Virus record (IMG/VR): IMGVR_UViG_3300031857_000076
Location: 1 to 64,000 of that record
From: a virus
DNA length: 64,000 nucleotides
Direction: 5' to 3' (one strand)
The notes beneath the pieces are model-generated. The model was not told the origin of the DNA, made no database searches, and saw only the letters and a program-made list of their open reading frames with translations. Positions 17,805 to 27,587 of the stretch are shown here, one piece after another. A program made the translations under genes and the position numbers. Numbering within the stretch: the first letter of the stretch is position 1; every line of letters begins with the position of its first letter.

Positions 17805-19151
17805 ATGGCTGACTTATACGCTTTTCAAAACCTTGCAGAGTTATCGCATACCGCTGGTCAAATTCCATTTATTTTGGACAAGGCCAACGATTGTTATAGG
17901 CCGCTTGGACAAGATGATTTAAGTTTTGCAAATAGTGCTGGTTCCACTACTTTTGATGCGTTTGGGCGCATGAGAACTTCTCAGCCTTTGACTCTGTTCG
18001 ATTCAAGTCACAGATACGCTGATAATGGTCTTTGGGCATCTGCTAGTGGAACTGGTGGATATGTTTCTTTTAACCAAAACCAAGGCTTGATAGACATGAA
18101 CGTGACCAGTGGTTCTGGCTCTTATGTCACAAGAGAAACAACAAAAGTTTTTGCCTATCAGCCTGGCAAGTCTCTTTTGAATTTAAATACATTTGTAATG
18201 TCGCCAGCCAAAACTGGTCTAAGACAAAGGGTTGGTTATTTTGGCGCGGATAATGGAATGTTTTTGGAACTTGACGGCTCTACACTAAACTTTGTTGAGC
18301 GTTCATTGGTTGATGGTTCTCCCCCAACAGAAACAAGAGTTCAGCAGTCTAGCTGGAATGGAGACAAACTAGATGGCAACGGCGCATCTGGCTTAACTCT
18401 TGACATTACCAAAGCTCAAATTTTATGGATGGACATTGAGTGGTTGGGTCTTGGCTCTGTGAGAATGGGTTTTGTTATTGACGGCAAATTTATTTTGTGC
18501 CACACCTTTCAACACGCAAACGTCATTGATTCAACATACATTACCACTGCTTCTCTTCCTTTAAGATATGAAATAATTAATACCGCCAACACTTCTGGCA
18601 ACAGCACACTCAAACAAATATGTAGTTCTCTTATTTCAGAGGGTGGTTATGAACTAAGAGGTGCGCAGCAATCAATCAGCAGCAATGTTGCTGCTCCATA
18701 CGAATTAATCACTGCAACAAATACTGATTATCCAATCATAACAATTAGATTAAAATCAACCAAACTTGACGCTATTGTTATTTTGACAGCTATATCTTTG
18801 TTACCCGCTTCTTCTGGAAATTTTCGATGGAAATTAATTCTCAGTGGCACAACGAGTGGTGGCAGCGAAACTTGGACACCTACTGGAACAAATTCAGCAG
18901 TGGAATATAAAATGGATGCTACAAGTATTTCGGGCGGTAGAACTGTCGCCTCTGGATTTATTAGCCAGTCTAATCAGTCTAATCCTGCCTTAGACATTTT
19001 AAAAGAGGCTTTATTTAAATTCCAGTTAGAAAGAAATGGGTTAACCAATACGCCTTATGAACTAACTCTTGTTGTTGCTGCTGGAAGCGCTACTGGCGGT
19101 AATCCAGCCAAAGTTCTCGCCTCTCTTGATTGGGAAGAAATTAGTAGATAA
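17805..19151 (+). CDS. putative virion structural protein
   Basis: DAFGRMRTSQP.TLFDS, YQPGKS, EWLGLGSVR.GF motifs recalled from phage structural proteins; GTGTAA motif 14 nt upstream. Confidence 0.7.
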   Translation: MADLYAFQNLAELSHTAGQIPFILDKANDCYRPLGQDDLSFANSAGSTTFDAFGRMRTSQPLTLFDSSHRYADNGLWASASGTGGYVSFNQNQGLIDMNVTSGSGSYVTRETTKVFAYQPGKSLLNLNTFVMSPAKTGLRQRVGYFGADNGMFLELDGSTLNFVERSLVDGSPPTETRVQQSSWNGDKLDGNGASGLTLDITKAQILWMDIEWLGLGSVRMGFVIDGKFILCHTFQHANVIDSTYITTASLPLRYEIINTANTSGNSTLKQICSSLISEGGYELRGAQQSISSNVAAPYELITATNTDYPIITIRLKSTKLDAIVILTAISLLPASSGNFRWKLILSGTTSGGSETWTPTGTNSAVEYKMDATSISGGRTVASGFISQSNQSNPALDILKEALFKFQLERNGLTNTPYELTLVVAAGSATGGNPAKVLASLDWEEISR

Positions 19152-19154
19152 TTT

Positions 19155-19240
19155 TGGTGGGCAAGGTAGAATTCGAATCTACTCAATCAAAGATAAAAGA
19201 TTTACAGTCTTTCGCATCTCTCCAACTATGCCGCTTGCCC
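19155..19240 (-). tRNA. tRNA-Tyr(GTA)
   Basis: GGGCAAG/CTTGCCC-ACCA, AAAGA-CTGTAAA-TCTTT, long variable arm. Confidence 0.9.
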
Positions 19241-19248
19241 CAAAATTT

Positions 19249-19608
19249 TTATGAATTGATTAGCTTATCAACGTCTTCATTGATGTTTTTGACAAACTTG
19301 TAGTCTCCATCATTCAAAAAACTAAGAATAGTGCCAAAACCAACAGGCTCAGGAAAGTCTGAATACACTTTCAAACCGTTAAGTCCAGCAATTTGATAAC
19401 GCTTCGGTCTGCCGTAATCATTGTTAGTTTCCAAGATTAGCACAAAGCCGTTTTCATGGCAAAAAACATCACCAGCTTCAAACCATTCGATCTTATTGTC
19501 GAGGTCTTCTTCGGTGCTAGTGTCAAGGTCTTCGACCACGCCAAGCTGCATGAGCTTGTTGAGGTTAACTTTGTATTCTTTGTTGTTTAGTGTGAGGGTT
19601 GCTTTCAT
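19249..19608 (-). CDS. hypothetical protein
   Basis: promoter at 19615-19642, 6 nt before ATG. Confidence 0.7.
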   Translation of the reverse strand: MKATLTLNNKEYKVNLNKLMQLGVVEDLDTSTEEDLDNKIEWFEAGDVFCHENGFVLILETNNDYGRPKRYQIAGLNGLKVYSDFPEPVGFGTILSFLNDGDYKFVKNINEDVDKLINS

Positions 19609-19871
19609 GGGTTTACTGTATCAGTGGTTTGAGAGTTGTCAACCATAAAGTTGAACTTGAGTTGATTTTGGTTATCAATCAGGGGAGTTTGAATCTCTTC
19701 AACAATATCTGGAAATCCATTAACGAGACAGTCAAAAGCTTCTGCGCCAGACAAGATAGCTGCTGAAAGGCTATGATTTGCCACAATGTCTTTTTGATCT
19801 TCAAGAAGCATGGAGGCAATTTGAAGTTTTTTAATAGCGTTTTTAATTGCAGTTTTTTGTGTTTTATTCAT
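19605..19871 (-). CDS. hypothetical protein
   Basis: ORF. Confidence 0.6.
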   Translation of the reverse strand: MNKTQKTAIKNAIKKLQIASMLLEDQKDIVANHSLSAAILSGAEAFDCLVNGFPDIVEEIQTPLIDNQNQLKFNFMVDNSQTTDTVNP

Positions 19872-19945
19872 GAGTAGAGAGTATCATTTTAATTCCAATA
19901 AAAATACCAAAACCTGCTAAAAATAGCAGCCCAAGTAATTGAAGA

Positions 19946-20158
19946 TCAGTTAGTGGTTGGTGCATCGGAGTTTTGCACTCGTTGTTGAAAAATCAAAAGC
20001 AATAGTTTTAATTGTTCTGTTGTGCAGTTGCATATTACGTCTTCGCCCGTCTCAACATTAAAGCCAATCACTAAATATTTGTCAAAAATAGAGCCAAGAT
20101 GAGCTTCTGCTAGAGCTTTTGCGGTTTCAACTTTACTCTTGTCCATAAAAGATTTCAA
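19946..20158 (-). CDS. hypothetical protein
   Basis: ORF; start uncertain. Confidence 0.55.
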   Translation of the reverse strand: MKSFMDKSKVETAKALAEAHLGSIFDKYLVIGFNVETGEDVICNCTTEQLKLLLLIFQQRVQNSDAPTTN

Positions 20159-20321
20159 AAGTGTCTTTGTTGAGTTGGCGGGAGTCTTCTAGCTGTTCTG
20201 ACAATTCGCGCAAACGATCTGCTGCTTCTAGCAAGCAAGAGTTAACAATGCCGTCTTCTGTTTCAATATCTTGCGCCAAGACTCTAAGAGCAGCGATCAA
20301 AGTTTGTGTTGATGATTTCAT
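20133..20321 (-). CDS. hypothetical protein (EAADRLREL motif)
   Basis: ORF. Confidence 0.65.
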   Translation of the reverse strand: MKSSTQTLIAALRVLAQDIETEDGIVNSCLLEAADRLRELSEQLEDSRQLNKDTFEIFYGQE

Positions 20322-20358
20322 ATTTCTTAAAAAAGGTTACATGGGCAAGGAACTTTTG

Positions 20359-20877
20359 TCAACAGAAATCTGGTTTACAAATATAAACGTCATTAAAACT
20401 CTTTTCAAATATTTTGTGCAAGATTTCTTCTATAATGTTCCAATCAGCACCACCCAAACCGCAGCCGATTTTATATGGAATGTAAATGTCTGTTAAATCA
20501 ATAGGCACTTTTTCATAGCCAATTCCACAAAAATGAATCGTTTCTTTGTCATTACCGTGAAAATTCGTACTAGCAATACTCTTAAAGCCTGCAATGAGAG
20601 CAGAGTATTCTGTTTGTCTTTCTCTGGTGCCAACATTGTTCTGACCAAACAGATTTGCTACAACAACATTATGCGCCACATTCACTTCAAAAACGCTGCC
20701 TAGCAGCATAATGGGCAGCTTTTGACGTTTCACATGAGCACGGTATTCTTCTGCATTCTTGGGCCATTTGCGAGCAATTGCGCCTGCTAATCCACCTACT
20801 GCTCCAATGCAATTGACAGAGTGAACAATCACTCCTTTGTCAACTGTCAGAATGTCTTTATTAATTGTTGTGATCAT
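20359..20877 (-). CDS. macro domain protein (ADP-ribose binding or hydrolase)
   Basis: IVHSVNC.G..GGLA.AIA.KW, NLFGQ, PYKIGCGLGGADW. Confidence 0.88.
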   Translation of the reverse strand: MITTINKDILTVDKGVIVHSVNCIGAVGGLAGAIARKWPKNAEEYRAHVKRQKLPIMLLGSVFEVNVAHNVVVANLFGQNNVGTRERQTEYSALIAGFKSIASTNFHGNDKETIHFCGIGYEKVPIDLTDIYIPYKIGCGLGGADWNIIEEILHKIFEKSFNDVYICKPDFC

Positions 20878-21368
20878 TCTTTACTATAGAGTTTGTCCCA
20901 TTCTTTGTCAACTGCATTTAATGCGTTTATTGCAACTTTATTATCATCAAAATCTGCAAGTTCTCCTAAAGCCTTACGCATAATCTCCCATTGGTTGAGA
21001 GTGCATTCATAGTCTTTTAAATTGATTTCGCCGTATTTGCATTTGACTGCTTGGCAGTTGATTGGAGAGCAGCAGCCAGTTTCACCACAACTGCCGCAAG
21101 TTTTGCAGTAGTCAGAATCTTCTGGATAATTGTCAGGGTCACAAATTAGTGGTCTGACTTGATTATCGTCAGCAATTTCCGCAACAATGTCTGTTTCAAG
21201 AAAGAAACAAGTTTCTTCATCAAGGGGAATTTTAAATCCATAGGTAAAAGTATCGCCGTTTTCACCGCAAAAGCCATTAACATCACCCGTGCATACGCCT
21301 TCACCAACATAAGACCCCCAATGGCCTTTGAAATTGATCATGTATTTTTTGTCTTTGATTGGAATCAT
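20874..21368 (-). CDS. Cys-rich hypothetical protein
   Basis: CKTCGSCGETGCC motif. Confidence 0.7.
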   Translation of the reverse strand: MIPIKDKKYMINFKGHWGSYVGEGVCTGDVNGFCGENGDTFTYGFKIPLDEETCFFLETDIVAEIADDNQVRPLICDPDNYPEDSDYCKTCGSCGETGCCSPINCQAVKCKYGEINLKDYECTLNQWEIMRKALGELADFDDNKVAINALNAVDKEWDKLYSKE

Positions 21369-21542
21369 AATTTAAAATGGGCATTTATTTTCACTGCATG
21401 ATTTGAGTAAGTTTAAGACGCTCACGATAAACAAGCTCATACCTCCTACCATATAAATTTTCTCCCACCATGCCATAGGTGGTGGAACATAGTCTTCATC
21501 TTCATCATTTGGTCCGTTTGGAAATCCTTCAAACATAATTTT

Positions 21543-21815
21543 TTATTCTTTAATGGGCCATTCAAACATAGAGAGATGAAAGAAATGATCGCCCTCAATT
21601 TCTTCCAACCATACCGCACACCACGAAGAGTAAACTTCACAATTTCGAACTGTATAGATTTTTCCAACCTCTAAATTGTCTTTGGCAAATTGAATGACAT
21701 TGACATGGTGTGGATAGAACATCCCATCAGCACCTTTGAATTTCGCTTTGTCGCCAATATGAGGCCATTCCCATTCACGACCTTTGTATCTTTCTTTGAA
21801 TTGTTCTTCGTTCAT
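21543..21815 (-). CDS. hypothetical protein
   Basis: ORF. Confidence 0.65.
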   Translation of the reverse strand: MNEEQFKERYKGREWEWPHIGDKAKFKGADGMFYPHHVNVIQFAKDNLEVGKIYTVRNCEVYSSWCAVWLEEIEGDHFFHLSMFEWPIKE

Positions 21816-21997
21816 CGTCCAAAAGGGTTAAAGTTTGCGGCTGCAAAGAGTATGAGTGCTACTCCAATTCCAACAGCTGTGAAAAATCCACTCCAAAATC
21901 CGCCATCAAATAGCCAATCAGGAAGTTCAAGTGTGAGTGCTAGTAGTGTGTTCATAAATTAATAACTGATTTCGTGTTCATCAAGTCTAAACTTGTA

Positions 21998-22390
21998 TTA
22001 AACTTCATTTAAGTTTTCTTTCATTTTATCATCAACCTTTTGCATTAGTTCTTTATGTCTGTCTTTCCAGCGTTTGTTTGGAATGCCTCGTTTGTCTGCA
22101 ACGTATTGCGCTACACCATTATAGCCGTCTTTGCGATACATGTCAAACAGTTTTGGAATATCTTTCCAAGGCAAATCTTCGCTATCAGCAGCAGGATGAA
22201 AATAATCATTAATATTGATGCAAAGATATGCGCCTTCGTTGTTTTCAGCATCCCACATTGCTGATAAGTAAACAACTCCTTCATCTAGCAAAAAAGCAGC
22301 CATACTTTCATGGTCTGGCGTGATGCCGTGCTCACCCAAGTCATAGTAATAGGTGCGGTAAATGGTGAGTGTTTCAGTCATGTCTTTCAT
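21998..22390 (-). CDS. hypothetical protein
   Basis: ORF with ATGA coupling. Confidence 0.7.
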   Translation of the reverse strand: MKDMTETLTIYRTYYYDLGEHGITPDHESMAAFLLDEGVVYLSAMWDAENNEGAYLCININDYFHPAADSEDLPWKDIPKLFDMYRKDGYNGVAQYVADKRGIPNKRWKDRHKELMQKVDDKMKENLNEV

Positions 22391-22785
22391 TTCTTTTCAC
22401 CAATTAAGGCTTTGACAATCTTTTCGGCGTTTTCTTGAAAAGATGGGTAGTAGATTGTGCTGAGTTCTTTTCCATGTTTCTCTATCAGGACTTGCCAATC
22501 TTTGCGGCATTGTTTACTCATGGGAATTGCTTCTTTGGGCTTGGCTTCACTAGCTTCACGAATGATTGCCACAAGCTCATCTTCCTTGTCCTTGGCAGCG
22601 GCAATGATTTCTGCATTGTCTGGGTAAACAATTGAGCGAATAGTTTTGCTATTTGGCGCGACTTTTACAAGCCACCAGCCATCTTCCAAACCATCCAATA
22701 AATAAGGATCATTATGTTCGATGTATTTTTTACCAACTTTTTTATAGAGTTGAGTTTTGTGGCTGATGCGAGCGAAGGCGTTCAT
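22387..22785 (-). CDS. hypothetical protein
   Basis: ORF with ATGA coupling. Confidence 0.7.
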   Translation of the reverse strand: MNAFARISHKTQLYKKVGKKYIEHNDPYLLDGLEDGWWLVKVAPNSKTIRSIVYPDNAEIIAAAKDKEDELVAIIREASEAKPKEAIPMSKQCRKDWQVLIEKHGKELSTIYYPSFQENAEKIVKALIGEKK

Positions 22786-23210
22786 GATAGTAATTGTTTG
22801 AGTTCAGTAACAATGTCTTCTAGTTTGCTCATTTTACCCTTTTGCATGTAAAAGTCAAGCTCATTTTCGACATAATTATAACCCTCTTCAAACTGTTTTA
22901 GATCAGCTTCGTAGGAAGAAATGAGTTCTCCGAGGCGAGTTTGGAGTTTTTGGTTTTCTTCAATAAATTTTGACATGCGATTTGCGCGATCTTTAAGGTC
23001 TGGACGTTGGATTAAAATGCTTTTTAATTTTACCTGATTGTCGTGGTTGGCTTTCCATTGTTTGATTTCTTTGTTGAGAGCGCTCATGGTTTCTCGCGAA
23101 CAAACATCAGCAATGCACCAATCGCCGCTCCAGCCTTGCTTTTTGGCGTAGTTAGAAACAGTGAGCGCGGCTTCCCACACATCGTTTGGAATGGCGACAT
23201 CTTCAATCAT
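22782..23210 (-). CDS. hypothetical coiled-coil protein
   Basis: ORF. Confidence 0.7.
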   Translation of the reverse strand: MIEDVAIPNDVWEAALTVSNYAKKQGWSGDWCIADVCSRETMSALNKEIKQWKANHDNQVKLKSILIQRPDLKDRANRMSKFIEENQKLQTRLGELISSYEADLKQFEEGYNYVENELDFYMQKGKMSKLEDIVTELKQLLS

Positions 23211-23430
23211 TGATTTGTTTCCATAGTTTTTCTTCTTCTGCTTCCAGCATGTTTGTTAGATAGCGAAGAATGTTGTATTTTTCTTCGTCGCTGAAAGGAA
23301 CAGCATCCTCATACATCGAGTATGAGGGATTGTCCAAACGATCTATGACGTTAATAAAGAGAGTTTGCGCTTCTGAAATTAATTTCATATTTAAATTTCC
23401 CAAGTTGTTGTTGTGACTGAATCGCCACAC
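23203..23430 (-). CDS. hypothetical protein (start probably internal, at MKLIS)
   Basis: ORF. Confidence 0.55.
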   Translation of the reverse strand: MWRFSHNNNLGNLNMKLISEAQTLFINVIDRLDNPSYSMYEDAVPFSDEEKYNILRYLTNMLEAEEEKLWKQIND

Positions 23431-23726
23431 TGGTCACAAACTATTCCATCGTTTTCATAATCATCATAACGAAAAACTTCTACAAAATCAGTAAGCGACA
23501 AACAGCCGTCTTTCATTTTTTCTTGAAATTTCAAACAAAGGTAAATAAAAATTTGCCTCTCTTCTTCTGGAGATAGGTCCACTGAGCTTTTACCGTCAAA
23601 AGACCAGCCATAGGCTGTGCAGCCTTCTGTTTTAATGATTTTCATGGGAGAATTTATATGCTTTTTTATACTCGTCTTCCGTGAGAAGATCGTCCGAATT
23701 ATATTCGCGGAAACCACTAAAGTCAA
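23391..23726 (-). CDS. hypothetical protein (start probably internal, at MKIIKT)
   Basis: ORF; CDQC motif. Confidence 0.6.
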   Translation of the reverse strand: MTLVVSANIIRTIFSRKTSIKKHINSPMKIIKTEGCTAYGWSFDGKSSVDLSPEEERQIFIYLCLKFQEKMKDGCLSLTDFVEVFRYDDYENDGIVCDQCGDSVTTTTWEI

Positions 23727-23856
23727 GAATCAAATGGCCAAAATGTTTTTGCCACTCTTTCATGGTTTTTCTCTTAGCAAAGATTTTATCATAGTTCTCC
23801 CAATAAGAGGGAAGATTTGCGCCTTTGCGGAGTTTATCGCCTTTGCCTGCTGACAT
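23632..23856 (-). CDS. conserved phage hypothetical protein (MSAGKGDK.R...Y.ENYDKIF)
   Basis: motif. Confidence 0.7.
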   Translation of the reverse strand: MSAGKGDKLRKGANLPSYWENYDKIFAKRKTMKEWQKHFGHLILDFSGFREYNSDDLLTEDEYKKAYKFSHENH

Positions 23857-23864
23857 TGTTTTTT

Positions 23865-24470
23865 TTATTTTTGTTTAGCTATTTTATAGCCTTTGTATGG
23901 CTCTTGCTCAAGCAGCTTTGGAGAGAGTGTTCGCAACCAACCTCCCCTAATGCAGAGAGCGCCCTCTTCTCCACTAGCTTCGCAAGTTTTGCTGCACAAA
24001 TATTCTGCAAAGTTAATCATTCCTTGAATTTGTTCATCTCCACCGCTCACATATACTCTCAGGTCAGAGTATTTCTCTTTGATTTGTTCTATCTTTACAG
24101 CGGGTGGATATATTTTAATCCATTTTGCGTGTTTTAATGCATTGGCCGAAAGCTTGTGCAGAAAATTATAAAATGGTTTATTTAACTCATAACCGTTCAG
24201 CTTTGGAAAGAGGTTAATGATTTTATAGTGAATTTTTTTAAGCAAGAAATGCGGAACGCGCCAAAGGTAATATTTCTTTGACAGGATTTCCTGACCTTGG
24301 CGATATGTAAGAGTGGTGTAATCCACGATTGCGCCACAAAGATTATCCACGATTTTTTCCCATCCTTCGGGAACCCAAACGCCACAAGGACATGTTGGTT
24401 CTTCAAGCTCGTTCTTGTAAAACAAACTTGGATATTTATTCATGAGACGCATTTCAAAATCTTCTTCCAT
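23865..24470 (-). CDS. conserved phage protein (QIKEK..LRVY...C...G family)
   Basis: motif; start adjusted to MEEDF. Confidence 0.75.
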   Translation of the reverse strand: MEEDFEMRLMNKYPSLFYKNELEEPTCPCGVWVPEGWEKIVDNLCGAIVDYTTLTYRQGQEILSKKYYLWRVPHFLLKKIHYKIINLFPKLNGYELNKPFYNFLHKLSANALKHAKWIKIYPPAVKIEQIKEKYSDLRVYVSGGDEQIQGMINFAEYLCSKTCEASGEEGALCIRGGWLRTLSPKLLEQEPYKGYKIAKQK

Positions 24471-24471
24471 A

Positions 24472-25032
24472 TTAGAATTTGAATGAAATTCGTTGTATGA
24501 GATTGCCAAAATTAATAATCTTGCGTGCGAACTTGCGCAAAAATTGCCCAAAAGCTCCCTGCACTTTGCCTCGAAAAGTTTTGCCGAATGCAATTGATTC
24601 TGCCAACTTTTTTTGGAATTGTTTTTCTCGCTCAATTCTGATTGCTGCATCCGTTTCCTCATATCCTACCAGTGAGGCTTTTTGCAAAAACCCATCAATA
24701 AATACAAACTGAATTTCAATCCAAATATCAACCTCTTCCGAATTAAGCGCGTCATAAGCTTGAATGGTGCAAGTTTTATTGCACGGTTTCTTTTCTTTGG
24801 AAATTGGTTCCATGAAACCGCCAAAAGGACCGTTCTCTTCAACCCATTGGGCTTCAATGTGTTCTGCAAAAAGACGGCCTTCTTCAATAAAGAAGTTTTT
24901 TAAGGCGCAGTCAAAGTCTTTGGTTTGAAAGGTGACTTCTTCTTGTCTCAAGAGTCGCAGATATTTATCAACTTCTGGCGCAATTCCTTGGATAACTGAC
25001 TTGTTAAAAATGATATTGTCAAAAAGGCCCAT
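24472..25032 (-). CDS. conserved phage protein (MGLFD...FQTKDF family)
   Basis: motif. Confidence 0.75.
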   Translation of the reverse strand: MGLFDNIIFNKSVIQGIAPEVDKYLRLLRQEEVTFQTKDFDCALKNFFIEEGRLFAEHIEAQWVEENGPFGGFMEPISKEKKPCNKTCTIQAYDALNSEEVDIWIEIQFVFIDGFLQKASLVGYEETDAAIRIEREKQFQKKLAESIAFGKTFRGKVQGAFGQFLRKFARKIINFGNLIQRISFKF

Positions 25033-25036
25033 TTTA

Positions 25037-25243
25037 TTAGTTCATGTTTGGTTCTCTGAAAAGTTTTTCAATCTCTTCAATGCCTGCAACAACGGCTTCA
25101 TTGCTCATTGCAATGCGACCATAATAAATGCGCAAGCATGGACTATAAAACGCTTCATAGTATTCTTTCTTTTTGCGCATGATTAGCAAGTCAGTTTGCA
25201 GTTGCGCAATTTGGTCATTTAACATTTCTTCGTTCATAATCAT
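25037..25243 (-). CDS. hypothetical protein
   Basis: ORF. Confidence 0.6.
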   Translation of the reverse strand: MIMNEEMLNDQIAQLQTDLLIMRKKKEYYEAFYSPCLRIYYGRIAMSNEAVVAGIEEIEKLFREPNMN

Positions 25244-25359
25244 CGTTTAAAAAAGCTCTCAAATAGTTCCGTGTCACTCGAAAACGCAGCAATCATTGCT
25301 AATACAAAAATAAAAAATAGTGTCATGTGAGCAACACTATAACCCCAAAGGTTTAGTTG

Positions 25360-26172
25360 TCAAGAAAGATTTTGGTAAGGTTTTTCGCGAAACCATTTTG
25401 TCAGAATGAATTTTTCTCCTTCTTCAACTGGCATTCCCCAATGCTTTGATTCAGGAATGTTTGAACCTTCTCTAGTGTTTTGCCAAAGAATCATTGTGCC
25501 AGTTTCGGGTTTTGTTTCCAAGTCTATTTCTGTGAATCTAGTGTGACCTCCTTTGGGAGTGTCATTCAAGTAAACCATTGCTGTCCAAGTGCGGTTGCCG
25601 TGTCGCTCTAGCTGTTTTTTTTGGTCATCACTAAGAGGAAAGAAAGAATCAAAATGAGGCTTAAATTGCTCGCCAACTTTGTAGTATTGGCCTTGAACTT
25701 GCTCGCTGTATTGCTCTGGAATGCCAACAATGTTTAAAATAGCATCTTCAATCTCAGCAATTGTGGGGTCAGAATTGCGGAACAAATGAGCAGTGGAGCT
25801 TGTGCGAAAGTCGGAAATCTTGCTGCCGCCGTTATCGTAGTCAATCACAGAAGATTTTTGGCAACGATTCTTGATGATTTCAATGGCGCGAGAACACTGG
25901 TCCTGTGTCAAAGCGTTCTTGATTTTAAAGATGTTTAATTTATCAGAGATTTTTTCTGCGCCAAATTTAGCAGTCAAATCTTCAATTTTAACGGGTGGAG
26001 AAATGCCTTCAACCTTTTTTAAGATGTCTGGCATGGAAAATTCTTGAATGATTAGGCTTTCATCAAAGCCTTTGTCAAGCAAAATTTGTGCCAATTCTCT
26101 CTTGGAGGAACCTCTCTTTACGTTGTCCCAAATCCAAAATTTCCAAGAATCGTCAAAACTGGTCTTTTTCAT
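25360..26172 (-). CDS. prolyl 4-hydroxylase-like 2OG-Fe(II) oxygenase
   Basis: RTSSTA, QGQYYKVGEQFKPHFD, RTWTAMVYLND...GG.T.F, H.G.PV..GEK...TKW. Confidence 0.85.
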   Translation of the reverse strand: MKKTSFDDSWKFWIWDNVKRGSSKRELAQILLDKGFDESLIIQEFSMPDILKKVEGISPPVKIEDLTAKFGAEKISDKLNIFKIKNALTQDQCSRAIEIIKNRCQKSSVIDYDNGGSKISDFRTSSTAHLFRNSDPTIAEIEDAILNIVGIPEQYSEQVQGQYYKVGEQFKPHFDSFFPLSDDQKKQLERHGNRTWTAMVYLNDTPKGGHTRFTEIDLETKPETGTMILWQNTREGSNIPESKHWGMPVEEGEKFILTKWFREKPYQNLS

Positions 26173-26206
26173 GCAAGAAGTACGGTTCCAAGGTGTAAAT
26201 ATTTCT

Positions 26207-26872
26207 GTGAAAATAGACAAGAAAGCTCGCGCCATCTTAAACTCTTTTCCCAAAGATGTGCAGGACTATTTTTACGAAATCAACGAAAAATGCGCAAAAC
26301 ATGGAGTCAAGTTTAGAGTTTCCAGCGGTTCTGTTGTTTATTCTGGAGGCGGGAGTTGCGGCGGTTTCTTCTCTGATTCTCCCAAGGAACTAGCCATTGC
26401 AGTGAATAAACCTTTAAAATGGGTCATTGCCACTCTTGTTCACGAAGATTCCCACTTTGATCAGTGGCTAAACCGTCAGTCTATATGGCACAATCAGAAA
26501 GTTTCGCGCAATTTTAATAGTTTTTTTGATTGGTTGCTCAAGATTAAAAACATTAAAAATCCCACAGAAACAGCAAAACATGTGATTGCTCTTGAGTCTG
26601 ACTGCGAGAGACGGTCCATCAAAAAAATAAAAAAGAGATGGTCGCACATTATTTCGCCCGAAACTTATGCTCAGTCTGCTAATGCTTACATGTTTTCCTA
26701 CTTGTATATGGCGCAATCGCGCAAGTGGATTTCTGAAACTATAGAGATTAAAAACAAATGTTTCTATAGGAATTTCCCGCAAAAAATCCTTAGTAAGTTT
26801 GAAAACTTATCAGAAGAGTATTTTGAGCTTTTTCAGCGCTATGACAAAAAATGCAAGAGCGGCTCAAAATAG
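26207..26872 (+). CDS. HExxH putative metallopeptidase
   Basis: LVHEDSH...E motif; GTG start 14 nt after GTGTAA. Confidence 0.65.
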   Translation: MKIDKKARAILNSFPKDVQDYFYEINEKCAKHGVKFRVSSGSVVYSGGGSCGGFFSDSPKELAIAVNKPLKWVIATLVHEDSHFDQWLNRQSIWHNQKVSRNFNSFFDWLLKIKNIKNPTETAKHVIALESDCERRSIKKIKKRWSHIISPETYAQSANAYMFSYLYMAQSRKWISETIEIKNKCFYRNFPQKILSKFENLSEEYFELFQRYDKKCKSGSK

Positions 26873-26880
26873 AGCCGCTC
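26857..26880. terminator. hairpin between convergent genes
   Basis: GAGCGGCTC-AAAATA-GAGCCGCTC. Confidence 0.7.
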
Positions 26881-26914
26881 TGCGTCCTATAAACCGAAGT
26901 CTATAAGAGGGGTA

Positions 26915-27094
26915 TTATTTATCCTTGGCTTTGCCAACATTGAGAGCGAGCCAATCCACAATCTTGTAGAGCTTGCCTGCCCAAGTGTCGTCTTTCGGAG
27001 TTGGAGTCAAAGCTGCAATTGCAGCAAAGGCCGCAATCGTGGCTGTAACTGCATGAAAGATGTCAAGTTGATGAGTGATAATCCAATTAATCAT
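26915..27094 (-). CDS. small membrane protein, putative holin (59 aa, TPTPKDD motif)
   Basis: read by hand: MINWIITHQLDIFHAVTATIAAFAAIAALTPTPKDDTWAGKLYKIVDWLALNVGKAKDK; GTGTAA 14 nt upstream. Confidence 0.65.
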   Translation of the reverse strand: MINWIITHQLDIFHAVTATIAAFAAIAALTPTPKDDTWAGKLYKIVDWLALNVGKAKDK

Positions 27095-27095
27095 A

Positions 27096-27587
27096 CTATT
27101 CTTTACACTTTTGGCTGACCCAAAAATTGACTATTTTTAGTAATGAATTGTTTTTGCGCTTTTCGCATAGTTCTTTAATGTTTATTAAATGTTCAGGCGA
27201 ACAGTCTTTCAGCATAATATAAGAAGTTGGTTGATCGCCATTAATTCCACACGTTCCCCAAATAGCGTTTTCAGCTTGCCACTCAAAACTTTCAGTATTG
27301 GGAACCTCTTCTGGCGTTAGGATTTTTACTTCATTATAGTTCCAAGTTCCATATTTTCTTGGTTTATTAAGTGACTGGTTCCAATCATTGTAGAGTTCGG
27401 CAAAAGTTTGAGGAACCTCGAACCAAACTCGTTTGCCATGTTTCCTATTGTAACCTGCTGAGTCTCCAATGTTCGGTTGGCCACCATCAGCCATAATGTA
27501 TTCAGTTCCCTCGCCAAGACTATTGTAGTCATGACGTGCAATTGACGCTACAATTTGTTTGCCGTTTGTAAATCCTAGTAGTTTCAT
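27096..27587 (-). CDS. conserved phage hypothetical protein (RHDY...MADGG...WGT.G.NGDQP)
   Basis: motif. Confidence 0.75.
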   Translation of the reverse strand: MKLLGFTNGKQIVASIARHDYNSLGEGTEYIMADGGQPNIGDSAGYNRKHGKRVWFEVPQTFAELYNDWNQSLNKPRKYGTWNYNEVKILTPEEVPNTESFEWQAENAIWGTCGINGDQPTSYIMLKDCSPEHLINIKELCEKRKNNSLLKIVNFWVSQKCKE

